Assembly: GCA_045631625.1 (NCBI GenBank)
Contig: JAZQVG010000167.1
Location: 1 to 48,277, forward strand
DNA length: 48,277 nt
Source of the DNA: Christensenellaceae bacterium
GTDB lineage: Bacteria > Bacillota > Clostridia > Christensenellales > Borkfalkiaceae
Reading direction: 5' to 3'
Shown here: positions 1 through 6,716 of the stretch, piece after piece
How positions within the stretch are numbered: position 1 is the stretch's first letter
Layout: every line of letters begins with the position of its first letter
Notes under the pieces: model-generated
What the model was told of the DNA's origin: nothing
Database searches by the model: none
What the model saw: only the letters and a program-made list of their open reading frames with translations
Made by a program: the position numbers and the translations under genes

Positions 1-327
1 TTCGTAGCCACCTTGTCTACCGTGATGTCCGTCATTACGCATATCGCCATAGTCTTGACCTGCTCTATCATAACCACGAGTTATATCGCCCATATCGTAT
101 GAGCCGTAATCGCCACCACGCATATCTTGGTTGTAGTCGCCCATATCTCTATATCTTCTCATAGAGTATTGAGAGCCACCACCTCTCATATCTTGTTCGG
201 CATAGTCCATACCTCTATCGCCCCTACGACCACGCCTTGACCTACGAGATACTACATAGCCACCACGAGAACCGTAAGGGTTTCTACCGTCACGAACCGC
301 CATAATTCTATTGCCTTGTCTTTCCAT
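1..327 (-). CDS. R/G/D/Y/M-rich low-complexity protein, partial (C-terminus beyond window start)
   Basis: Absent from the ORF track because it is open at the edge. Minus-strand ATG at 327-325 with AGGGGG about 8 nt upstream. The frame stays open to position 1 (109 codons): MERQGNRIMAVRDGRNPYGSRGGYVVSRRSRRGRRGDRGMDYAEQDMRGGGSQYSMRRYRDMGDYNQDMRGGDYGSYDMGD... It has degenerate D-Y/M-R-G-G repeats and is visibly more G+C-rich than its neighbours. Confidence 0.55.
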   Translation of the reverse strand, partial: MERQGNRIMAVRDGRNPYGSRGGYVVSRRSRRGRRGDRGMDYAEQDMRGGGSQYSMRRYRDMGDYNQDMRGGDYGSYDMGDITRGYDRAGQDYGDMRNDGHHGRQGGYE

Positions 328-341
328 AGTCAAACACCCCC

Positions 342-785
342 TTAAACAACCTTATCTACATTTACGATAACGCTTGTAAAGGTAGCGTCAACGCCTGTAT
401 TAACAAGCGAAATTGTTTGAGCAATAGTGCTTTCTCTACCAAGAATACACTCTTTATCAACTAATACATAATAGTCAATAACAAAGGTTCTTAATTCGGT
501 ATCGGCAGGTGTAATTGTTTGTGAAGAAACTGCTCCGTCAACTAAAACGCCATTTTGTGCAAGTTGAACAGTTACAACGCCTGCAACATCACCACTACCA
601 ACTAAAGTAGCCGTAATGTGGTAAATACCTTCTTGTTGCAAAGAAACGCCATTAGCCGTAGCGTTAAAAGTAGGGAAACCGCAAGCATTTTTCTTGCAAT
701 ACCTACGATAAACCGAGCCAATGTTGATAACTCCGTCAGCAAGCACAGTTTGAGTGCCAATATTTTTTACACCTAAAAGTAACAT
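342..785 (-). CDS. BclA C-terminal-domain-like (C1q/TNF-type jelly-roll) protein without collagen stalk
   Basis: 147-aa ORF with AAGGAG RBS. The strand pattern EGIYHITATLVG...VTVQLAQNGVLVDGA...FTSVIVNVDKVV parallels the Bacillus exosporium BclA C-terminal domain as I recall it (GFYKITV...LTIQVNGVPVPG...SIIIEKVA). No G-X-Y repeats are present. Confidence 0.5.
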   Translation of the reverse strand: MLLLGVKNIGTQTVLADGVINIGSVYRRYCKKNACGFPTFNATANGVSLQQEGIYHITATLVGSGDVAGVVTVQLAQNGVLVDGAVSSQTITPADTELRTFVIDYYVLVDKECILGRESTIAQTISLVNTGVDATFTSVIVNVDKVV

Positions 786-829
786 AATTTTAATTCTCCT
801 TAATTGATTAAATTATGATTAAATTTAAA

Positions 830-849
830 GGGGTATAGAGAAATACCCT
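830..849 (-). terminator. weak hairpin between the 903-1655 and 342-785 genes
   Basis: GGGTAT(831-836)/ATACCC(843-848) stem. On the minus strand it is followed by CTTTAAATTT, which is not a clean U-run. Confidence 0.25.
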
Positions 850-902
850 ACACCCCCATAGGATAATCAATCCTTTTCGCAATAATATTTAGTTTTGTTT
901 AA

Positions 903-1655
903 TTATTGAATACTTGCACAACCACCAAAGTTAGCGTATGCTACATTACCGCAACAGTTAGTAGGGAAAGTAACAGGTTGCGCAGGTTGTACTACATAAG
1001 CAGGTTGAGGGCATTTTGGCGCAAGTGCGTCTATAATATAAGCACTTTGTCTATCGTTAGAAATTTGTGCTTTTAAACCGCTATTTTCCGCTTGTAACGA
1101 AGCAATCTTTTCGCCTGTTAAGTAGTCAAGAATTGCCCTTGTGTTAGCGTTGCTTGCATTGATAACATCGCAAGTTTGCTTTTCGTTTAAGTAACGATTT
1201 TCAAGGTTCATAGTCTTGAGGTCGCAACAGCAAGAAGCGATTTGGTTAGCCAATGAATTAAAGCCTGCTTGAGTGTTGTAACCAAGCGTGCATACTGCAT
1301 TGTCTACGCCGTGAAAACCTTGCATAACGGTTTGTTGAAGTCCGTTAAAGCCTTGACAAAGAGCCGATTGAACACTTGCAAAACCGTTAAGCATATTGGT
1401 ATTTTGAGCATAGAAACCATCGCATAAACCATTGTTTACGCCGTCAAGTTTTCTCTCAATCGTAGCAAAGTCGGTTGCAAGAACATAGTTAGAGCCTACA
1501 CCACCGTTGCCACCACCAAAGCCCCAACCGCCGTTACCAAGTAAGGCTAAAAGCAAGAACGCCCAAATCCAATCGCCATTGTTTCCGAACATTCCATTGT
1601 TACAGTTTCCTGAAGTTGCTACTACAGGAAGTTCGCCATCTACATAAAGTGACAT
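903..1655 (-). CDS. Gly/Asn/Cys-rich single-pass membrane protein with ~11-residue GF repeats (unknown family)
   Basis: 250 aa with AAGGAG RBS. N-terminal GNCNNGMFGNNG, one hydrophobic helix (WIWAFLLLALLG), then GFGGGNGG. Repeats follow: LCDGFYAQNTNM / LNGFASVQSA / LCQGFNGLQQTV / MQGFHGVDNAV. There is a CCC triplet, a coiled-coil-like segment and a Cys-rich C-terminus (NCCGNVAYANFGGCASIQ). Confidence 0.7.
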   Translation of the reverse strand: MSLYVDGELPVVATSGNCNNGMFGNNGDWIWAFLLLALLGNGGWGFGGGNGGVGSNYVLATDFATIERKLDGVNNGLCDGFYAQNTNMLNGFASVQSALCQGFNGLQQTVMQGFHGVDNAVCTLGYNTQAGFNSLANQIASCCCDLKTMNLENRYLNEKQTCDVINASNANTRAILDYLTGEKIASLQAENSGLKAQISNDRQSAYIIDALAPKCPQPAYVVQPAQPVTFPTNCCGNVAYANFGGCASIQ

Positions 1656-1740
1656 AATTTTTTTCTCCTTATAAAAATATATTTATATTAACAATACTTT
1701 TTAGTGCACATCAAAAATATTGAAAATATCGTTAAAATAC

Positions 1741-1769
1741 TTGCTAAACCCCTCAAAGTATGCTATAAT
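1741..1769 (+). promoter_or_regulatory. sigma-A type promoter of the AP2/HNH-like gene
   Basis: TTGCTA(1741-1746), 17-nt spacer, TGcTATAAT (-10 at 1764-1769), 25 nt upstream of the ATG at 1794. Confidence 0.6.
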
Positions 1770-1793
1770 AATAGTATAATTAGGAGGAATTTT

Positions 1794-2450
1794 ATGAAAA
1801 AATTAGATTTATTAAACCAAAGATTTGGTAGATTAGTTGTTGTTGCCCCAAGTAAATCCAAAAATAATGAAACTATGTGGGAATGCAAGTGCGATTGTGG
1901 AAATATTAAAATAGTTAGCACTTCAAACTTAAAAGCAGGTAGAATAAAATCTTGTGGTTGCTTTAAGTCCGATAAACTTATAAAACGAAATACCACACAT
2001 AGCCAAAGGCACACTTTTTTATATGAAGTATGGAAATCTTTAAGACAAAGATGCAATAATCCTAAACACGCTTCATATTATAATTACGGTGGTAGGGGAA
2101 TTACAATTTGCGAAGAATGGAATAAAAGTTTCCAATCTTTTTATGATTGGGCTTATGCCAATGGCTATTCATTAGAACACCAAAAAGACGAAGTAAAAAA
2201 ATTAACAATCGATAGAATTGATGTTAATGGTAATTACGAGCCAAATAATTGTAGGTGGGTTGATAGAAAAACCCAAGCAAGAAATACAAGAATTACCAAA
2301 TTTATAACATTCAAAGGACAAACAAAACCTATAGTAGAATGGTGTGAAATATATGGCATAAAAAGAAATTCTTTTGATATTAGAATAAAATGTGGTTGGT
2401 CTATAGAAGAGGCACTAACTACGCCTATCAAAACCAAAAAATCTAAATAA
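1794..2450 (+). CDS. AP2/HNH-type phage DNA-binding (homing-endonuclease-like) protein, paralog 1
   Basis: The ORF track starts it at 1704, but the ATG at 1794 has an AGGAGG RBS and lies downstream of its own promoter. Motifs: FGRLVV..W.CKCDCGN..(Zn ribbon)..SCGC, YGGRGITICEEW and IDRIDVNGNYEPNNCRWVDRKTQARN. It is the only plus-strand gene inside a minus-strand block. Confidence 0.65.
   Translation: MKKLDLLNQRFGRLVVVAPSKSKNNETMWECKCDCGNIKIVSTSNLKAGRIKSCGCFKSDKLIKRNTTHSQRHTFLYEVWKSLRQRCNNPKHASYYNYGGRGITICEEWNKSFQSFYDWAYANGYSLEHQKDEVKKLTIDRIDVNGNYEPNNCRWVDRKTQARNTRITKFITFKGQTKPIVEWCEIYGIKRNSFDIRIKCGWSIEEALTTPIKTKKSK
2118..2152. repeat. 35-nt stretch identical to 48141-48175
   Basis: TGGAATAAAAGTTTCCAATCTTTTTATGATTGGGC occurs in both AP2/HNH paralogs, whose remaining nucleotide sequence is clearly diverged. 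Confidence 0.9.
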
Positions 2451-2684
2451 CTATCTTTTATTTGCTAAACTATTATAGGCTTGCATAAGTTGTTCTTCGC
2501 TTATACCTTGTTGTTTAGCGAGTTGCCTAACAGTTTGCTCTACTGAACGCCCATTTGACATATTTTTCATTTGTTGCATTTGTTGTTGAACTTGCGGATT
2601 TCCTTGCAACATATTCATAAATACTTGTTGTGGGTTTTTATATTGTTGCATTTGTTGTATTATTTGAAAAAATTGATTATTCAT
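2451..2684 (-). CDS. Gln-rich small protein
   Basis: 77 aa with an RBS (AGGTAGGGG). Sequence MNNQFFQIIQQMQQYKNPQQVFMNMLQGNPQVQQQMQQMKN..., with no recognised family. Confidence 0.6.
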   Translation of the reverse strand: MNNQFFQIIQQMQQYKNPQQVFMNMLQGNPQVQQQMQQMKNMSNGRSVEQTVRQLAKQQGISEEQLMQAYNSLANKR

Positions 2685-2692
2685 AATTGCCC

Positions 2693-2875
2693 CTACCTTT
2701 TAATAGATTTTCTTAAAGTTTCTAATTCTTTTTTAACGGCTTGCAAATCTTTTACGAGTTCTTCTATTTTTTTGAAACAAGAACAGTCTTTTTCTTTGCC
2801 TAATTTTTCGATTTTTTTTTCCAAGTTTGAAATTCGCTTTAAAAAAGGTGTATTATTGGTTGATTGTTCCGACAT
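2693..2875 (-). CDS. small K/E-rich coiled-coil protein
   Basis: 60 aa with AGGAGG RBS. Its start overlaps the upstream gene end by 23 nt. Confidence 0.55.
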   Translation of the reverse strand: MSEQSTNNTPFLKRISNLEKKIEKLGKEKDCSCFKKIEELVKDLQAVKKELETLRKSIKR

Positions 2876-3353
2876 TTGCCTTTCCTCCTAATTGTTTCTT
2901 TAAATCTTCGACCTTTAAAAGAAGTGTGTTATAGTCTTTAAGGCTCACAAACCTCTTTAAATCGTCTTTTTGCACATAGTTTGATAAATCTATCGTAGGC
3001 TCTTGTTTTTGTGGCTCTACGGCTTGATTTTCGCCTTGTGCTTCAACTCTTTTATAATGTGTCATTGAAGATAGACCGTCATTACCGCAAATCTTTTCAT
3101 AAACCATACCATTAGCCTTGTCAATAAAGATAGCCTTTTGGTTTGGGAATAGGATATGACCTTCCGCCTCTTTCAAGTTGGTGTAGCCTACATAATTTAT
3201 AGGCATATCGTATTGCATAGGTTGTTGCGGTTGCATAGGCATAGGTTGGGGTTGAGCCATAGGGGCATTATACATTTGACCTTGCCTTTGCATATTTGAT
3301 TGATAGCCTTGTGGGTATTGTGGGTAGCCGTTGTAACCATAATAATTGTTCAT
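2853..3353 (-). CDS. protein with Q/P/M/Y-rich (prion-like) N-terminus
   Basis: 166 aa with AAGGAG RBS. The first ~55 residues are MNNYYGYNGYPQYPQGYQSNMQRQGQMYNAPMAQPQPMPMQPQQPMQYDMP. A globular segment and a C-terminal coiled coil follow. Confidence 0.65.
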   Translation of the reverse strand: MNNYYGYNGYPQYPQGYQSNMQRQGQMYNAPMAQPQPMPMQPQQPMQYDMPINYVGYTNLKEAEGHILFPNQKAIFIDKANGMVYEKICGNDGLSSMTHYKRVEAQGENQAVEPQKQEPTIDLSNYVQKDDLKRFVSLKDYNTLLLKVEDLKKQLGGKANVGTINQ

Positions 3354-3356
3354 ATT

Positions 3357-3521
3357 TTAAATCTCCTTTTTATTGCTAAACATATCGTTTATAAGTTTGT
3401 CGTAAAACTTTATAAAAATAATATCGCTTTCTAACATTTCGCCACTATCTACTACTCTTTTTCTAATATTTGCGTAAATTTCGCTTAACCCATTGATTAG
3501 GTCTACTGTTTTCTTTTCCAT
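3357..3521 (-). CDS. small hypothetical protein
   Basis: The track ORF extends to 3557. The internal ATG at 3521 has GGAGAG 8 nt upstream, and the longer form would have to include the terminator hairpin at 3558-3587. Confidence 0.5.
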   Translation of the reverse strand: MEKKTVDLINGLSEIYANIRKRVVDSGEMLESDIIFIKFYDKLINDMFSNKKEI

Positions 3522-3557
3522 AATCGTTGCTCTCCTTTTTTGACTAAATTTAAGCAC

Positions 3558-3587
3558 AAAAAAAGAGCCTTGTACACCTACAAGACC
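3558..3587 (-). terminator. rho-independent terminator
   Basis: The minus-strand RNA is GGUCUUGUA-GGUG-UACAAGGCUC followed by U7, directly after the stop of the 3589-4185 gene. Confidence 0.6.
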
Positions 3588-3588
3588 C

Positions 3589-4185
3589 CTACATTTTATT
3601 AAATTTATTAAGTTTTTGTTTTAGCCTTCGTTTATTTTGTTGTATTGATTTTTCTTCAATACATAATCTATCGGCTAACTCGCTTTGTTTAGTCTTTTTA
3701 ATAAAGAACTCTATGGCAAGTAAAATATTTTCGTTGCTTAATCTTAATTCTTTACACCTTTCAATCAATTCTTCTTCGGTACAAGTGTCGGTGTTAAAGT
3801 CTTTCTTGCACTCTAATTGTTCTTTAAGCCTATAATACTTTAATTCAAAATAGTCGGCTTGCTTTTTAGTAAAGCCTACCCAAGATATAAAATAACAAAT
3901 AGGTACTGCCGAGAATAAACTCAAGGCTAAAGGCAAGATAAAACTAACACCAAAGAAAAATACTACACTCGTTATTAAACGGCACATAGCGTGTGTAGAC
4001 CTATGATATTGTTTAGGGAATTGTTCTCTAATAAACCAATGGCAAATAAAGAATACAATGCCCTCTATCCACTTATCGAAAAGAAATGAAGGTACAAAAA
4101 TGGCGATAATCGAAACGAGTACCGCCAAAATTGCATTTTTAATTTTAATCTTCGTTAGTAGTCGCATACTTAACAATTTCCGCAT
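3589..4185 (-). CDS. membrane-anchored protein with C-terminal sigma-70 region-4 / LuxR-like HTH
   Basis: 198 aa. About four hydrophobic helices lie in residues 15-105. The C-terminal 60 aa (LSNENILLAIEFFIKKTKQSELADRLCIEEKSIQQNKRRLKQKL) follow the region 4.2 HTH pattern. The start is uncertain (4185 or 4167) and neither has a strong RBS. Confidence 0.5.
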   Translation of the reverse strand: MRKLLSMRLLTKIKIKNAILAVLVSIIAIFVPSFLFDKWIEGIVFFICHWFIREQFPKQYHRSTHAMCRLITSVVFFFGVSFILPLALSLFSAVPICYFISWVGFTKKQADYFELKYYRLKEQLECKKDFNTDTCTEEELIERCKELRLSNENILLAIEFFIKKTKQSELADRLCIEEKSIQQNKRRLKQKLNKFNKM

Positions 4186-4315
4186 TTACTTCGGCAAGTT
4201 CTTTAATGTCTTTTTCATCGTACTTGTTGCTTTCAATTTTAGCAATAAGTTTTTTTGCCGTTTCGATAGCGTTTGCTAAATCTTCACCGTAAACAGGATA
4301 AAAAGGATAACCCAT
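4145..4315 (-). CDS. small hypothetical protein (56 aa, below ORF-track cutoff)
   Basis: ATG at 4315-4313 with GGAGAG 8 nt upstream, directly after the stop of the 4317-4913 gene. Sequence MGYPFYPVYGEDLANAIETAKKLIAKIESNKYDEKDIKELAEVNAEIVKYATTNED. It overlaps the next gene start. Confidence 0.4.
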   Translation of the reverse strand: MGYPFYPVYGEDLANAIETAKKLIAKIESNKYDEKDIKELAEVNAEIVKYATTNED

Positions 4316-4316
4316 A

Positions 4317-4913
4317 CTATTCACTCTCCTTGTTATTTTTATAGTTATAAAATAAATAAAGTAAAATTCTCCAAATCCAAGTGTCTATTAGTAAAATAGT
4401 CATAGTTGCAGAATTTATACAAATTGTCATAAATATAATATTTCTTATTACTAAAGATAATGCTTGAGCCGATATATCTATACTAAAGCATAAAGCCGTA
4501 GAAATAAATGTTTCTTTGTTTAACTTTTTCTCAATATACAACATTAAAAATGGAGCAAAAACAAAAAACACATAATTAAAAGAACTATACACTTGAGGTG
4601 TTAAAACTTGCAATATCATAAGAACTATTATAAGCGATACAAATACTAATGTTTGGTGTAAAGATAATTTGTATGTTCTACAACAAGCACAACAATAAAT
4701 ATATCCACCTAAAAATGATATTACAAAAGTATATAAATAATAAGCCCATTTATGACTGTCTACATAATTCCCAAATTTTACTATCGAAGGCAATTCCGCC
4801 ACACCAATAATAAATTGTGGGAAAAATATTTTTGCTATATAGAAGGCTATGAGTATCGCCCCAAATAGTAACAATCCCATAGCCCATAAGTTTTTAAAGC
4901 GTTTAACTTTCAT
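4317..4913 (-). CDS. polytopic membrane protein (unknown function)
   Basis: 198 aa with at least 5 hydrophobic segments and a CCACC motif. No convincing RBS. Confidence 0.6.
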   Translation of the reverse strand: MKVKRFKNLWAMGLLLFGAILIAFYIAKIFFPQFIIGVAELPSIVKFGNYVDSHKWAYYLYTFVISFLGGYIYCCACCRTYKLSLHQTLVFVSLIIVLMILQVLTPQVYSSFNYVFFVFAPFLMLYIEKKLNKETFISTALCFSIDISAQALSLVIRNIIFMTICINSATMTILLIDTWIWRILLYLFYNYKNNKESE

Positions 4914-4924
4914 ATTTTTGAATT

Positions 4925-5980
4925 TTAAAGATTACCTGCTTTGATTTGTGCTTTGATTGCTTCAACTTTTGCTTGATTTTCGGCAGTCTTTTTAGCATTT
5001 TCAGCGTCAAGAACTTTTTGTTTTTGTTCAATCATTTCTTTCGCTTTTTCTTGAGCAAGTTCTTTTTTTGCTTCTTTAATTAAGTTTGCTTCGTCTTTTC
5101 TCTTTTTGTATTGTTTAGGGTTTTCAAAGTATACACCTGCAAAACCTACGCCAAGACCTAAAATAATGTAATAAAGGTATGGTGTAATGTTTAATGGTGG
5201 CACAACTTTTTCTTCTTCTAAAACAGTACCTGCTGGAGTAATGACATCGCCTACATTGTATAAAAGTTTTGCTTCTTCAATAATATCACCTGCTTTATAT
5301 AAAAGTTTTGCAGGTTCAATTACATCGCCTTCGTTATAAATTTTTACTTGCGACATATATTTAAAGAAATCAGCATTGTCGATAATATCGCCTACATTAT
5401 ATTTAATAGTCGAGCCATCTTCGCTATAAATAACTTGAGTTGCAATCATAGTTAATTTTTCGGCAAGCACAGGTTCACCATAAATATCTTCGGTTGCGAT
5501 AACAGGTTCGCTATAAATTTCTTCAGTCGCAATTAAATCTTCTTTTTGAATAACTGCTTCAACTACGGTTTCGCTACCAATTTCGATAGCAGGTAACTCG
5601 TCAATATTGATAATATTAGCACCGCTAAAAACCATTAAGCAAGCACCTAAAATAACAATGAGTGAGCATTTATTCGATTTAATGAGTTCCCAAATCTTTT
5701 TTAATTTATCCACTTTATCTTCTCCTTCTTTATAAGTTAGTTTGTGTATAAAAGTCATAAAAAACTTTTGTAGTTGTCTTAACATACTTTGAGTGAGTGT
5801 TACAATAAGAAATGTAGTTAAAAGTTTTACCGCTAAAAGGGTTATTGCACTTGAGATAAAATAAGCAATCGCATACTCAAGCAAACTTTCTACACCTTCC
5901 CACACTAACATTGTGAGAAATGCAAGACCGCTACTACTAAATATCCTTTGTTTGATGGATATTTTGTTAGGTAAGTACAT
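4925..5980 (-). CDS. membrane protein with internal Y-x-x-GD-[IV]-I repeats and C-terminal K/E coiled coil
   Basis: 351 aa with an RBS (AAGGGGTG). It has N-terminal TM helices. Repeats: EEIYSEPVIATEDIYGEPV, and YNVGDIIDNA / YNEGDVIEPAKLLYKAGDIIEEAKLLYNVGDVITPA. A further TM helix is followed by a lysine/glutamate-rich tail. Confidence 0.7.
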   Translation of the reverse strand: MYLPNKISIKQRIFSSSGLAFLTMLVWEGVESLLEYAIAYFISSAITLLAVKLLTTFLIVTLTQSMLRQLQKFFMTFIHKLTYKEGEDKVDKLKKIWELIKSNKCSLIVILGACLMVFSGANIINIDELPAIEIGSETVVEAVIQKEDLIATEEIYSEPVIATEDIYGEPVLAEKLTMIATQVIYSEDGSTIKYNVGDIIDNADFFKYMSQVKIYNEGDVIEPAKLLYKAGDIIEEAKLLYNVGDVITPAGTVLEEEKVVPPLNITPYLYYIILGLGVGFAGVYFENPKQYKKRKDEANLIKEAKKELAQEKAKEMIEQKQKVLDAENAKKTAENQAKVEAIKAQIKAGNL

Positions 5981-5996
5981 TTTCCGTCACCCCTTG

Positions 5997-6236
5997 TTAT
6001 TCGGTATCAACGGCTACACTCTCTTGTGTGTCGTCTTGAATATTAACAAGACCAAGTTTAATCGCACATTCGGTTAGTTCGTCAATGTCCTTAACCACTT
6101 GCTCTTTGTCAAAATCGGCAATTTCCTTATCGACTATTGCTAATTCAAGTGCAAGATTATCTCGCCTTTCTTTTTTAGCACTAAATTCGACAAGTTCATT
6201 ATTCTTTTGTTCAATTAACCTAATAATGACACTCAT
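5997..6236 (-). CDS. small acidic coiled-coil protein
   Basis: 79 aa with AAGGGGG RBS. Confidence 0.6.
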   Translation of the reverse strand: MSVIIRLIEQKNNELVEFSAKKERRDNLALELAIVDKEIADFDKEQVVKDIDELTECAIKLGLVNIQDDTQESVAVDTE

Positions 6237-6279
6237 TAGACATATACCCCCTTTTTAGATTTTATTTTAGCGATTGCTT

Positions 6280-6714
6280 TTACTTGTTTAATTCTTCGCT
6301 TGCCCTTAAAATGCACTTTTCAACATATTCGTTGTATTCTAAAAAGTCCAATTTATATTGAGCGTTTGAAGGGTTGGCTAAATATCTTCGCATAATCTTG
6401 TTTTCATCTTCCAAAGGATATTTTTGCCTAATATACCTTTTAGAAAGTTCTTTATGCTTTCTTTCTTTCATTGCCTCTAATTGTTCGGCGGTGTATTCGT
6501 AAAACTTTGGCAACAAATCACAAGTAGTGTAGGTTTCAACTTTACCGTCAATCGTTGTCCTTTTTGCTTCTTTAATATTTTCAACTACGAAATAATCACC
6601 AATTTGTGGGATATTGTCACATTCCGCTATGGATAAGTTTTCACTTATATAAGAAAAATTGCTTTCTTTTATTCCAACTACTTTTTTAGTATTTCTATTA
6701 TACGCTATATACAT
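6280..6714 (-). CDS. tail-fibre assembly chaperone-like protein (paralog of 21758-22234)
   Basis: Start chosen at MYIAYN (ATG 6714, GGGGTG RBS), 2 nt after the stop of the fibre gene. It shares MYIAYN...ECD/N.IP..DY..V.N..EA.R....TYYTCDL.PKF with the 21758-22234 product. Confidence 0.55.
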   Translation of the reverse strand: MYIAYNRNTKKVVGIKESNFSYISENLSIAECDNIPQIGDYFVVENIKEAKRTTIDGKVETYTTCDLLPKFYEYTAEQLEAMKERKHKELSKRYIRQKYPLEDENKIMRRYLANPSNAQYKLDFLEYNEYVEKCILRASEELNK

Positions 6715-6716
6715 TT

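Noticed and set aside
1763-2437. Track ORFs 1763-2056(-) and 2234-2437(-), antisense to the AP2/HNH-like gene
   Set aside because: They have no RBS, show hydrophobic/low-complexity shadow-frame composition, and lie fully inside a better-supported gene.
2571-2891. Track ORF 2571-2891(+); similar antisense ORFs at 4058-4279, 7039-7335, 8948-9286, 9535-9729, 12480-12788, 13951-14151, 17149-17871, 17163-17453, 17850-18032, 18415-18699, 19813-20034, 20536-20730, 23026-23322 and 24230-24430
   Set aside because: All lie opposite or out of frame to long, RBS-preceded genes of a co-linear operon. They encode Leu/Phe/Ser/Ile-rich shadow peptides typical of AT-rich DNA.
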